This document shows positions 28,518-40,365 of a DNA stretch of 64,000 nucleotides, piece after piece. A program made the translations under genes and the position numbers. This stretch comes from Gemmatimonadales bacterium. Its GTDB lineage: Bacteria > Gemmatimonadota > Gemmatimonadetes > Gemmatimonadales > GWC2-71-9. Location of the stretch: NCBI GenBank assembly GCA_037189525.1, contig JBBCJC010000001.1, positions 576,001 to 640,000 of the forward strand. The letters are read 5' to 3'. Each line of letters opens with the position of its first letter. Positions within the stretch are counted from its first letter, which is position 1. Below the pieces are notes generated by a model, which saw nothing but the letters and a program-made list of their open reading frames with translations, did not search any database and had not been told where the DNA came from.

Positions 28518-29605
28518 GATTCACGATCCTGGGCCAGGGTACGGCGCTCCCGCCTCACAGCATTACCCAGACCGACGCGGCCGCGTATGCCGTGGCCTAC
28601 AGCTGCCATGACGACGAACAGCGACGGATCATCCCCGCCCTCTATCGGATGTCCGGCGTCAAGCGGCGTCACAGCATCCTGCTGACCGGCCTGCCCGGTG
28701 AAGCGGCGCGCGATGCGTCCTTCCCTCCCCCGGCGTCGCCGGAAGACAAAGGCCCGCCCACGAGTCTGCGCATGGGGCTCTATGAGCAGCATGCACCCGC
28801 ACTGGCTGCGCACGCTGCGCTGGAAGCGCTAACCCGAAGCGGAGTACCCGCAGAGGCAATCACGCATCTGATTACGGTGTCCTGTAGCGGCTTTGCGGCC
28901 CCGGGGGTCGACATCGAGCTGATCCGCGACTTGGGACTGCGATATACGGTTGAGCGAATCCATGTTGGTTTCATGGGGTGCCACGGTGCGCTGAACGGCC
29001 TTCGGGCGGCGCGGAGCATCGCGGAGAGTGATGCCGAGGCGCGGATACTGGTGTGCGCCGTCGAACTGTGCAGTCTCCACTACCATTACGGCTGGGATCC
29101 CGAGCAGGTGATTGCCAACGCCCTCTTTGCCGATGGCGCCGCGGCGCTGGTGGGCGGGTCGGTCCCGGATCCCGCGCCCGGCGCATGGCGGGTCGGGGCA
29201 ACCGGATCGTGTCTGATTCCCGATTCTGACGACGCGATGAGCTGGAGCGTGCGGGATCACGGCTTTGCGATGAGCCTGTCTGCGCGGGTACCGGATCTGA
29301 TCGCGACCCATCTGCGAGACTGGATCGAAACCTGGCTCTGCAAAGCCGGGCTCGATCTGAGTGGCGTGCGATCGTGGGCGGTCCATCCGGGCGGACCGCG
29401 GATCCTCACCGCGGTTGCGAAGGCCCTGGCATTGGAGCCTGATGCGCTCGACGTGTCGAAAGAGATTCTGCGCGACTACGGCAACATGTCGTCGCCCACC
29501 ATCCTCTTCATCATCGATCGACTGCGGGAACGCGCGGCGCCGCTACCATGCGTGGCGCTGGCGTTCGGTCCAGGGCTCATGGCCGAGGCGGTGCTGTTTG
29601 TGTAG
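28514..29605 (+). CDS. Type III polyketide synthase
   Basis: Cys-His-Asn triad (FMGCHG, VHPGG, YGNMSS); LFADGA, AFGPGL. Confidence 0.95.
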   Translation: MRFTILGQGTALPPHSITQTDAAAYAVAYSCHDDEQRRIIPALYRMSGVKRRHSILLTGLPGEAARDASFPPPASPEDKGPPTSLRMGLYEQHAPALAAHAALEALTRSGVPAEAITHLITVSCSGFAAPGVDIELIRDLGLRYTVERIHVGFMGCHGALNGLRAARSIAESDAEARILVCAVELCSLHYHYGWDPEQVIANALFADGAAALVGGSVPDPAPGAWRVGATGSCLIPDSDDAMSWSVRDHGFAMSLSARVPDLIATHLRDWIETWLCKAGLDLSGVRSWAVHPGGPRILTAVAKALALEPDALDVSKEILRDYGNMSSPTILFIIDRLRERAAPLPCVALAFGPGLMAEAVLFV

Positions 29606-30107
29606 CAGCCTGTTCGAGGGAAAGGAGGCGGCGTTTGCGGTCCAGGCCCCAGCGATAGCCGGCCAGAGCGCCGTCGCTCCGCACCACCCGATGACAGGGC
29701 ACCAGCACGGCAATCGGATTGGCGCCGCACGCATGGGCCACCGCCCGAAACGCCCGCGGTGAGCCGACTCGGCGGGCAAGTTCCGTATAGGAGATCGTGG
29801 TGCCCGGCGGAATCTCGCGCAGGGCATCCCAAACCTGGCGCTGGAACTCGGTACCACGTGGAGCAAGCGGAATTGCGGCGGCGCGATCAGGTTGCTCGAC
29901 GGCTCGGATCACGGCAGCAAGCGTTGCACGATTGGCCTCATCGTCGCGCGTCAGCTTGGCATCGGGGAACCGGGCAGCCAGGTCGCGACACAGAGACTCG
30001 GCGTCGTCTCCCAGAAGCACGGCTACGATGCCGTTGAGGTCCATAGCGACAAGGGCAAGACCGAGGTTGGTATTTCCGATCGTATAGGTCAAAGCTGGCA
30101 AAGGCAT
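29577..30107 (-). CDS. ogt: Methylated-DNA-protein-cysteine methyltransferase
   Basis: GTEFQ..VW..L..IP.G...SY..LA, RAVA.AC..NP...VPCHRV. Confidence 0.95.
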   Translation of the reverse strand: MPLPALTYTIGNTNLGLALVAMDLNGIVAVLLGDDAESLCRDLAARFPDAKLTRDDEANRATLAAVIRAVEQPDRAAAIPLAPRGTEFQRQVWDALREIPPGTTISYTELARRVGSPRAFRAVAHACGANPIAVLVPCHRVVRSDGALAGYRWGLDRKRRLLSLEQAATQTAPPRP

Positions 30108-30145
30108 CGGCGTTCTCGCGTGACGTAGGTTCGGCGTACGTCACC

Positions 30146-30191
30146 ATTCTATCATGAGAGCGCGAGGCTGGCTCGCCATTTTCGGACGTGA
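30146..30191 (-). promoter_or_regulatory. Putative Ada-dependent promoter of ogt
   Basis: TCACGTCCGAAAATGGCGAGC (30191-30171), 19 nt, TAGAAT (30151-30146). Confidence 0.65.
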
Positions 30192-30207
30192 TGTCGGGCG
30201 GGTCACC

Positions 30208-30585
30208 TCATGGGCGGGGGATCAGATCGGCGCGCAGGTGGACCGTCTTGACCGCGCCGCAGTGGTCGGCGGAAACCTTCACTCCGCTGCGCTCCCAACC
30301 GACATATCCCGGAGCAGCCACTCGGACCGTATAGGTTCCGGTACGGCCGAGGGCCATGGGCCATATCAGCCTGCTGGGCTGTCCCGCTGCCGCCGGAGAG
30401 TGCTCTATGACGGTTCCATCCTCCAGCAACGAAATGCTCGGTGTGACCGCCGGTATCCCACGGGTTTTCGCGTCGACAACCATCAGGTTGATCCCGTAAT
30501 AGAGCATGTCCACACAGTCGCCTGCAAACATGGTGCAGCCTGACATAGTGGTTGCTGCGGACAGAAGCAACGCCAGTCGTCTCAT
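30208..30585 (-). CDS. Small lipoprotein, carboxypeptidase-regulatory-like (prealbumin) fold
   Basis: Lipobox MSGC; GTYTVRVAAPGY..W; two further Cys. Confidence 0.65.
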   Translation of the reverse strand: MRRLALLLSAATTMSGCTMFAGDCVDMLYYGINLMVVDAKTRGIPAVTPSISLLEDGTVIEHSPAAAGQPSRLIWPMALGRTGTYTVRVAAPGYVGWERSGVKVSADHCGAVKTVHLRADLIPRP

Positions 30586-30657
30586 CCGTCGATAGTACGC
30601 CACTCGGCCCGGGCTGTCAGTGAGGTACGTCACATGGGTCCATACCCCGGGGCTTCT

Positions 30658-30703
30658 TCATGTCCGAAAATGGCTAGCATGCCAGGGTCGCTCCGCCTAG
30701 ACT
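30658..30703 (+). promoter_or_regulatory. Putative Ada-dependent promoter of adaA-alkA
   Basis: TCATGTCCGAAAATGGCTAGC (30658-30678), 19 nt, TAGACT (30698-30703), 6 nt, ATG. Confidence 0.65.
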
Positions 30704-30709
30704 TCCAGC

Positions 30710-32275
30710 ATGACCCGCGACCCCGCCGCCCTCTATACCGCCCTGCAAGCGCGCGATCCGCGCTTCGACGGCGTGTTCTACGTCGGGGTCACCTCCACGG
30801 GGATCTATTGCCGGCCCATCTGCACGGCCAAGACTCCGAAGGCGGCCAACTGCCGCTTCTTCGAGACCCCGGCCGCTGCGGAGCAGGCGCGGTTCCGGCC
30901 CTGCCTGCGCTGTCGGCCCGAACTGGCGCCCGGCCATGCGCCGGTCGACGATGCCCGCCGGATTGCGCATCTCGTGGCCGCCCGGATCGAAGAAGGACTC
31001 TCGGACGAAGCGCGCGGCCTCGAGACGATTGCCGCGCAGTTCGGCTGGAGTTCGCGCCATCTCCGCCGCCTGGTCAAACAGGAACTCGGCGTCTCACCGA
31101 TCGAGCTGGCGCTGACCCGACGCTTGCTGCTTGCGAAGCAACTGCTGACCGATACGGCGCTGCCGGTTACCGAAGTGGCCTTTGCCAGCGGCTTCAGCAG
31201 CCTGCGGCGATTCAACGACGCCTTCCTGCATCGCTACGGCATGCCGCCGACCCGGTTGCGAAAGGCGGCCGAGGCGCCTGTCGTGGCCGCGGCAACGCTG
31301 ACCCTGCCGCTGGGGTACCGGCCCCCATTTGACTGGGACGCGCTGCTCGACTTCCTGGGCACCCGGGCCGTTCCCGGCGTGGAGGTCGTTGCGGACGGAC
31401 GGTACCTTCGCACGGTGCGGATCGGCGCGCATGCCGGATGGGTTTCGGTTCGGCATGCGCCCCAGCGCCGCTCGATCCTGGTCGAGCTGCCGCACGAACT
31501 GACCCCGGTGCTACCGGCGCTCCTGGGCCGGATCAGGCAGTTGTTCGACCTGCAGGCGCGGCCCGATTTGATCGTTGCACACCTGGAGCAGGATCCGCTG
31601 CTGGCGCCATCGGTGGCTCGGCACCCGGGGCTCCGCGTGCCGGGTGCATTCGACGGGTTCGAGATCGTGCTTCGGGCAGTGCTCGGTCAGCAGGTTACCG
31701 TGGCGACAGGGACTCGGCTGACGGCACGCGTGGTCGCGGCGTTCGGGGAGCGGATCGCGGGGGGGCCGGACGGCCTCGATCGCCTGACGCCGACGGCTGA
31801 ACAGATTGCGGGGCTCCGAGCAGCGGAGCTGGCGGCGTTAGGAATCGTGCGGACTCGGGCGGCGTGCCTGGTAGCGGTTGCTGCCGAGGTAGCGTCCGGT
31901 CGGATTCGGCTCGAGCCGGGGCCGATGGCCGAGGAGACCGTGGATCGCCTGCTCGAGGTACCGGGAATCGGACCGTGGACGGCGCGGTACGTCGCGATGC
32001 GGGCACTCGGGTGGCCGGATGCGTTCCTGACCGGCGATGCCGTGGTGCGCAACCGGCTGGGCGGGCTTTCGCCGCGGTTGGCGGAGGAACGATCGGAGTC
32101 GTGGCGGCCTTGGCGGAGCTATGCGACCCTGCACCTGTGGAAGAGCGAACCACCCCGAGATGCAGCGAAATCGAAGCGCGGTCCCGTATCCAAGCATGCT
32201 CGGCCGGCCGGTCGCAGCAAGGAGTCAAACCGCCACTGGCGCCGGCCGGCCGCTGTGACGACTCTACCAGGATAG
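30710..32275 (+). CDS. alkA: AdaA-AlkA fusion (Ada Zn domain, AraC HTH, DNA-3-methyladenine glycosylase II)
   Basis: RDPRFDG, GIYCRPIC, FRPCLRCRP, ASGFSSLRRFN, VLGQQV, PGIGPWTA, WRPWRSYA. Confidence 0.95.
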   Translation: MTRDPAALYTALQARDPRFDGVFYVGVTSTGIYCRPICTAKTPKAANCRFFETPAAAEQARFRPCLRCRPELAPGHAPVDDARRIAHLVAARIEEGLSDEARGLETIAAQFGWSSRHLRRLVKQELGVSPIELALTRRLLLAKQLLTDTALPVTEVAFASGFSSLRRFNDAFLHRYGMPPTRLRKAAEAPVVAAATLTLPLGYRPPFDWDALLDFLGTRAVPGVEVVADGRYLRTVRIGAHAGWVSVRHAPQRRSILVELPHELTPVLPALLGRIRQLFDLQARPDLIVAHLEQDPLLAPSVARHPGLRVPGAFDGFEIVLRAVLGQQVTVATGTRLTARVVAAFGERIAGGPDGLDRLTPTAEQIAGLRAAELAALGIVRTRAACLVAVAAEVASGRIRLEPGPMAEETVDRLLEVPGIGPWTARYVAMRALGWPDAFLTGDAVVRNRLGGLSPRLAEERSESWRPWRSYATLHLWKSEPPRDAAKSKRGPVSKHARPAGRSKESNRHWRRPAAVTTLPG

Positions 32276-32321
32276 CGCGAGAGCGTCGTCAGACACCACG
32301 TGGCGGAAATGGAGCAGCAGC

Positions 32322-32807
32322 ATGACCAAGCCGGCGAAGATTACGATCTGTCTGTGGTACGACCGCGATGCGGAGGAAGCGGCCACGTTCTATGCATCCG
32401 TCTTCCCCAATTCGTCCGTCCAGAAAGTTTCCCGCGCGCCGGGTGATAATCCGTCCGGGAAGAAGGGCGATGTCCTGACAGTCGAGTTTACCGTGCTGGG
32501 CATCCCGTGCCTCGGAATCAACGGCGGGCCCACGTTCAAACATACGGAAGCGTTTTCATTCCAGGTCGCGACCGACGATCAGGCCGAAACCGATCGCTAC
32601 TGGAATGCGATCGTCCAGAACGGCGGCCAGGAGAGCGTCTGCGGCTGGTGCAAGGACAAGTGGGGAGTGTCGTGGCAGATAACCCCGGTGGCGCTGACCC
32701 AGGCCGTAGCAGATCCGGACCCGGCCGCAGCACAACGGGCCTTCGAGGCCATGATGCAGATGAAAAAGATCGATATCGCCGCTATCGAAGCGGCCCGTCG
32801 CGGTTGA
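32322..32807 (+). CDS. VOC / PhnB-like (3-demethylubiquinone-9 methyltransferase-like) protein
   Basis: CLWYD..AEEAA.FY, INGGP.F, CGWCKDKWGVSWQI. Confidence 0.9.
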   Translation: MTKPAKITICLWYDRDAEEAATFYASVFPNSSVQKVSRAPGDNPSGKKGDVLTVEFTVLGIPCLGINGGPTFKHTEAFSFQVATDDQAETDRYWNAIVQNGGQESVCGWCKDKWGVSWQITPVALTQAVADPDPAAAQRAFEAMMQMKKIDIAAIEAARRG

Positions 32808-32927
32808 CGACCCGGGTGCCCCAGCGGACGGAGGTCGCGGAATTTTCGAGCGCGCGGTTGTAGTCGGACGGAAGGATGACGGCGACGGTGCCGGCAAATG
32901 CGGGCACCGAACGTCACTAACGACAGC

Positions 32928-33398
32928 TCAAGAATACAGCATCGGCGGCGTCTTGCCTCGCAAGCGCGCGTACACCGCGAGCGACCCACGATGGTGGGCC
33001 GTGTGATCGATGAGCGCGGTCACGACAGCGAGTTTCGGGACACTGCCCATGATGGACGGGTCCGCAATCGGCTCCGCCAGTTCGGCATCGGTCGACCGCT
33101 CCACCACGGCAACGGCCGTCGCAAAGGCACGATCGAGCCACGCGACCGCCTCTGCGAGTGACGTCACAGCGCGCGCTTTCGCAATCGACGCTTCGAAATC
33201 GAGACCCCATCCCTTCCCGAACGCTCCCTCGACAAACCACTCGATCGCATCGGCCGAATGGGCGATATGCCCGGCAACCGTGTATAGCTCCTGGTCCGGG
33301 GCAAAACCCGCGTCGGATTCATCGAAGACCGAGGTCGTGGTCCCGAAAAGCTTGCGGGCATACTTGAGCTGCTCGACGAGCAAACCGGAGGTCGCCAT
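32928..33398 (-). CDS. DinB family protein
   Basis: TV..HIAH, HTAHHRG.L.VY.RL.G..PP..Y. Confidence 0.88.
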   Translation of the reverse strand: MATSGLLVEQLKYARKLFGTTTSVFDESDAGFAPDQELYTVAGHIAHSADAIEWFVEGAFGKGWGLDFEASIAKARAVTSLAEAVAWLDRAFATAVAVVERSTDAELAEPIADPSIMGSVPKLAVVTALIDHTAHHRGSLAVYARLRGKTPPMLYS

Positions 33399-33655
33399 AG
33401 GAATCCTTAGCCGTTAAGAGGTTCGGTATTTGTTCGGCATCAAACATGGGGTACCACCCCGGGCCCGTCAAGAAGCCAATCAGCCCATAGCCAATCGGTG
33501 TGGTGGCCCAAAACGACCCGGTCCCCGAGAACGCCCGAGCACTGCCGAGATGACGATTTCCTGGAGCTACGCAGGAAGAAATTATCCGCCGCGCGGCAAG
33601 GTGCTCAAATTCTGAGAGATCTTGCGCCGGTCCGACGCCACCGTACCATTGACGA

Positions 33656-33786
33656 GGGCGTGCGGGGCGCCCCCTCGTCCGCGGGAAGGACCGAGTCCAC
33701 CCGAGTAGCACCCAGGAATGGCCGGTTCATTCGAACCTCCTTCGCCCGACGCAAGCGGACCCCGGGCATCGTCAAGGAGGCTCGTC
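33656..33786 (+). promoter_or_regulatory. Structured 5' leader with anti-SD hairpin upstream of the ankyrin gene
   Basis: CCTCCTT (33736-33742) is complementary to SD AAGGAGG (33774-33780); further pairings GCCCG/CGGGC, GTCCGC/GCGGAC, GGGCG/CGCCC. Confidence 0.45.
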
Positions 33787-35055
33787 ATGTCCGTCCGCGA
33801 ATTGCCCGTCCGCCCGTCCCTCGACCATCTCAAGCACCAGGCCAAGGATCTGCTCCGCGCACTGCATCGTCATGATGCCGACGCGGTCGCCGATCTGCGA
33901 ACCTACCACCCCGACCCGATTACCCCGTCCGACGTCAAGCTCGGCGATGCCCAGCTGGTACTCGCGCGCAGCTACCAGGCATCGAGCTGGCCCCGACTGG
34001 TACAGGGTGTCAAGCTCGCAAACGCCATCTGGAACAACGATCTGGAGGCGGTGCAAGCTCTCATCAACGGGAACCCGCGGCTCCTCCACGAACCGGTTCT
34101 GATCCGCACCAACAGCAACTGGGGACGGCCGCTGGTCTACGCCGCCAACCTGGGCCGCGATCGGATCATCCGCTACCTGCACAGCATGGGCGCGACCGAT
34201 CTCGAGCACGCCACCGATCGCGCGGCGCTCCAGGGCAAGGTGGAAACCGCCAGGATGCTCTACGACCTCGCCGGTCGGCCGGCCATTCCCGATGACGCCC
34301 TCGGTGGGCCCGCGTACACGCTGAGCGCCGAGGGCACGGCGCTGCTGCTGAGCCTGGGGGTGCGGGTGCGCAGCGACAACGGCGAGCGATTGGCGCCGGT
34401 GGCCGTCGTTCTCGAAACCGACAGCCGGAAGCCGGCCGCCAAGCACGCCATCCTCGCGATGTACGAGCGGCACGGCCTGGAGTTGCCCGACACGCCGACC
34501 ATGGCGCTCCATCGCGGCCGGATCGATTTACTGGAGCGGCACCTCCATCGCGACCCAGGACTCCTGAGCCGCACCTTTTCGCACCGCGAGATCTATCCGG
34601 CGGAGATGGGCTGCAGAGACCCGCTCGACGCCACGGTCGGCACTCCGCTGGGCGGCACCACACTGCTCCACATGTGCGTCGACTATAACGAGTTGGAGAT
34701 CGCGCGCTGGCTCCTGGAACGCGGCATGAGCCCTGACGTTCGCGCGGCGGTGGGCTCCTCGGGGTTCGGCGGCTATACTCCGCTCTTCAACACCGTGGTG
34801 TCGCAACCCAATTTCTGGATGAACTACTGGAAGCTGCCGCCGGCCGCCCCGTTTACCGAGTTGCTATTGGAGTACGGAGCAAGCCCCAATCCTCGGGCCT
34901 CGATTTGGAAGCGGCTGCATCCGGGACATGGCGACCCCGCTCGCCACGACTATCGAGACGTGACGCCCCTCGGCTGGGGCCGCCAGTTTCACGCCCCGAT
35001 CTTCGTCAGCGTTCCGGCAATGGATCTGATCCGGAGTGCCGGCGGGCGCGAGTAG
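33787..35055 (+). CDS. Ankyrin-repeat protein with N-terminal LPxRPSLxxLKxQAK helical domain
   Basis: AAGGAGG RBS; PLVYAANLG, GTTLLH, GYTPLF, TPLGWG repeats. Confidence 0.85.
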   Translation: MSVRELPVRPSLDHLKHQAKDLLRALHRHDADAVADLRTYHPDPITPSDVKLGDAQLVLARSYQASSWPRLVQGVKLANAIWNNDLEAVQALINGNPRLLHEPVLIRTNSNWGRPLVYAANLGRDRIIRYLHSMGATDLEHATDRAALQGKVETARMLYDLAGRPAIPDDALGGPAYTLSAEGTALLLSLGVRVRSDNGERLAPVAVVLETDSRKPAAKHAILAMYERHGLELPDTPTMALHRGRIDLLERHLHRDPGLLSRTFSHREIYPAEMGCRDPLDATVGTPLGGTTLLHMCVDYNELEIARWLLERGMSPDVRAAVGSSGFGGYTPLFNTVVSQPNFWMNYWKLPPAAPFTELLLEYGASPNPRASIWKRLHPGHGDPARHDYRDVTPLGWGRQFHAPIFVSVPAMDLIRSAGGRE

Positions 35056-35098
35056 CTGATCGCAAAGAAGCACTCTGTAACGCGAGGGCTGTGCAGCC

Positions 35099-35521
35099 AT
35101 GAAGCCACGGATTACGGTGATCACGATTGGCGTCGACGATCTCGATCGCTCGGTACGATTCTATCGGGAGGGACTCGGCTTCCCGACGGAAGGCATCGTC
35201 GGCACTGAGTTCGAGTACGGCGCCGTGGCCTTCATCGACCTGCAACCAGGTCTTCGGCTCGCGCTCTGGCCTCGACGCAGTATCGCTCACGACGCCGAAC
35301 TTCCCGTCGCTCCACAGAGCCCGACGGACTTCACCCTCGGTCACAACGTCGCGTCCCGCGCCGAGGTGGACGCCATCATGAGCCAAGCGGCACGCGCGGG
35401 GGCAAGCATCATCCGTCCCGCCCATGAAACGTTCTGGGGCGGCTACGCGGGGTACTTTGCGGATCCCGATGGCCATCTGTGGGAGGTGGTCTGGAATCCG
35501 CAATGGACCGCGCCGGCGTGA
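35099..35521 (+). CDS. VOC/glyoxalase family protein
   Basis: ITIGVDDL.RS..FY..GLG, FWGGYAGYFADPDGHLWEV.WNP. Confidence 0.92.
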   Translation: MKPRITVITIGVDDLDRSVRFYREGLGFPTEGIVGTEFEYGAVAFIDLQPGLRLALWPRRSIAHDAELPVAPQSPTDFTLGHNVASRAEVDAIMSQAARAGASIIRPAHETFWGGYAGYFADPDGHLWEVVWNPQWTAPA

Positions 35522-35555
35522 CGTCCATACGCCACACAAAGCTGGAGGAGATCCA

Positions 35556-36218
35556 ATGTTCGAAGCCGCGCGCGAATTGCTTTTCGGCGACGTAGCCCTT
35601 CCCGACTGGACGCCACGCAACGGCGACGATGCGGGCGCCGAGCCGTGGCTGAGCTTTGCGGCGGCTCGAGCCGCGCTGGCCAGCGGCGATCCCGCCACGG
35701 CCACCACCCTGCTCCGCCAGGTGGCGGACGCACCGGATCTCGAGCCTCGCCACACCCTCCAGGCCTGGCATGTACTACGCCAGCTGGGCATAAACCCCGA
35801 AGCCGGTATTGCCAAGCGCGTCCTGGGTGTCGTATTGGAGGTTCAGCTCGACGGCGGGCTCGACACGTTGGCTGCCTACGCAGATCATACGGCCCGCTAC
35901 TTCAATCATGGGGGTAACGTCATCGTGTGGGATGCGCCCGAGGCCGCGATCGGGCGCCTGATCGACGAGCTGTTGCGGGCAGGTCAGCAGGTGGCGGATC
36001 GGATCGGTCCCTGGGAAGGTCCGCGGCGCCCGGCGCCACCGACCGGCTCCATCCGTCTCAACCTGCTGACGCCCTCCGGTCTCCACTTCGGCGAAGGTCC
36101 CTTTTCCGTACTGAGCGCGGACCCGATGGGCGGTCCGCTCATCCATGCCGGGACCAACCTCATGCAGGCCCTGATCGCTCGAGTCGAGACTCGGAATGAT
36201 CCCGAACCACCGACCTGA
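35556..36218 (+). CDS. Hypothetical protein
   Basis: GGAGGAG RBS; GLDTLAAYAD.TARY, LTPSGLHFG. Confidence 0.75.
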   Translation: MFEAARELLFGDVALPDWTPRNGDDAGAEPWLSFAAARAALASGDPATATTLLRQVADAPDLEPRHTLQAWHVLRQLGINPEAGIAKRVLGVVLEVQLDGGLDTLAAYADHTARYFNHGGNVIVWDAPEAAIGRLIDELLRAGQQVADRIGPWEGPRRPAPPTGSIRLNLLTPSGLHFGEGPFSVLSADPMGGPLIHAGTNLMQALIARVETRNDPEPPT

Positions 36219-36380
36219 CCATTACGCGTACTGACTCGCACTGCGCTCCGGTCCCAGTACCGTACCTCGTGCCCACTGCGCAGCGGCGCGTCGAAGCACC
36301 ACCTACAGGGATAACGTCGACCAACCGCAAGCACTGACCGATTCGGCCCAGGCGTGAACAGGCGGCGCCCCCGCCAGTCG

Positions 36381-37703
36381 TCAGGGCATGACCTGACTGC
36401 GTTCGATGCGGAGCCGCAGGATCCGGTCGTCGCCGGCCCGCGGCCCGCCGCGACCGTCGCGGTTGCTGGTGGTGACCCAGATCGTGCCGTCGGGCGCCGC
36501 TGCCACGGCCCGAATCCGACCCGACGACGGCAGCCCCGAGAGCAGGCTCACTTGCCGCGCAACCCATCCGTCGCCACTTCGCACCAGGTCCACGACCCAC
36601 ACGCCGCTGCGCAGCGCGGACACCAGGGCCGTCACCGCGGTGTCGCCCGGGGCAGCCGGCAGCAGGGCCAGACCCGAGGGCGCAATGGCCAGGGGCCAGA
36701 GCACAGCCGGCATCGTCACCCCCGTGGCCCGGTCGGCACCCGAGACCTCGGGCCAGCCGTACGACGCGCCGCGCCGGATCACGTTGAGTTCGTCATTCCC
36801 CGCCCGACCCCGTTCCTGCGTCATCCCCGTCGGTCCATGCTCGATGGCCAGCAGCTGGCCGTCAGGAAGCTGCGCAATGCCCTGCACGTTGCGGAAGCCG
36901 CTCGCCTCGATACGCAGACGACCGGCATCGGCACCCCGAAGCCCGATCCGCAGAATCTTGCCAGGCGCGGCATCGGCGCGCGCAGCATAGTTGGGCCAGG
37001 TGCCGTCACCGGTGCCGAGGAATAGGGTATCGCCCAGTCGCAGAAGGCCACCGCCTGCGTGATAGTGGCTCGTCGGGATGTCATCGACCAGGATACTCGA
37101 GGTCACCTGGCCATCGGAACCGCGCTCCCAGCGAAGCACCCGGGTCACGAACGGCGAAACCCGCTGCGGACCCACCGCATACAGCACCCGCCGCACGATG
37201 CGCCCCACGAATCCGTCGCCCCCGACCTGCGTGCCCCGGTGCTGGACCACGGCCGTGTACACCACGTCGCTCCCGTCCGGGGCGGTGTCGAGCGCGAGAC
37301 CCATGAGTCCCGTTTCCGGATTGATACTCTCCGCGAGCGCATAGGCCTCGATCGTTGCCCAGGGCGTGTCGGCGAGTTGCCCATGCGCATCGATCGACCT
37401 GATCCGCCCGGTTCGTTCCGTCACGAAGGCGCGACCATCGGACGCAAACGCAATCGCCCATGGGACTTCGAGGCCGGTGGCCACCGTATCGACCGCAACG
37501 GCCCGCCAGGCGGCTGAGTCGACGGTCGAAACGACCAGGGTGGGTGACGCCGTATCCGCCGGCGCCGCAACCGTCCCCGCTTCGGGGGGGGCAGGACGCA
37601 CGACGGGCACACCACACGCACCGAGCAGGAGTACCGCGGATACGACACCGACGGCGGGCGACACGACGGAGCAACGAGACGGAGTTTTCAGGCGGCCCTC
37701 CAC
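36381..37703 (-). CDS. PQQ-dependent (glucose/sorbosone) dehydrogenase family beta-propeller lipoprotein
   Basis: LGAC lipobox, GLEVPWAIAF, GLMGLAL, H.GG.L, GFRNVQG, EHGP, DELN, YGWP; start uncertain. Confidence 0.85.
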   Translation of the reverse strand: MEGRLKTPSRCSVVSPAVGVVSAVLLLGACGVPVVRPAPPEAGTVAAPADTASPTLVVSTVDSAAWRAVAVDTVATGLEVPWAIAFASDGRAFVTERTGRIRSIDAHGQLADTPWATIEAYALAESINPETGLMGLALDTAPDGSDVVYTAVVQHRGTQVGGDGFVGRIVRRVLYAVGPQRVSPFVTRVLRWERGSDGQVTSSILVDDIPTSHYHAGGGLLRLGDTLFLGTGDGTWPNYAARADAAPGKILRIGLRGADAGRLRIEASGFRNVQGIAQLPDGQLLAIEHGPTGMTQERGRAGNDELNVIRRGASYGWPEVSGADRATGVTMPAVLWPLAIAPSGLALLPAAPGDTAVTALVSALRSGVWVVDLVRSGDGWVARQVSLLSGLPSSGRIRAVAAAPDGTIWVTTSNRDGRGGPRAGDDRILRLRIERSQVMP

Positions 37704-37802
37704 AGCTAGAGTCTGACTGGCTGACGCAAGCTAGACCCCAGCGCGGGCACGGTCCAGTCGGGCGCCGACATCGATCTTCGGCGCCCGACCGCAATCACTG
37801 TC

Positions 37803-40043
<2,241 letters not shown>

Positions 40044-40365
40044 TCACTGGGTGAAATCTACTCGCAGATCGGTCGCTTGTCCCGTGTCTCGGAGCAGTTT
40101 CCAGGTACCGGAAGCGTGAAATCGTGGAAACATCATCAAGGTCTATCGCAGGTAATCACGGAACCTATCGTTTGACGCGAAAGCCACCCGATCCAGCCCT
40201 TTATCAGTACTCTATGCGCGAGAGATCTGACGGTAGATTGAGAGAATGTCGCAACCACTTCCTCTCGATTTCGGCGCCGAGCTCGATCGCGCCCGACGCG
40301 AATCGGCCCGGTTCGGCGAAATGATGCGATTCGGCGGTCGCTGCCTCAGGACATCGAGCTAACCG

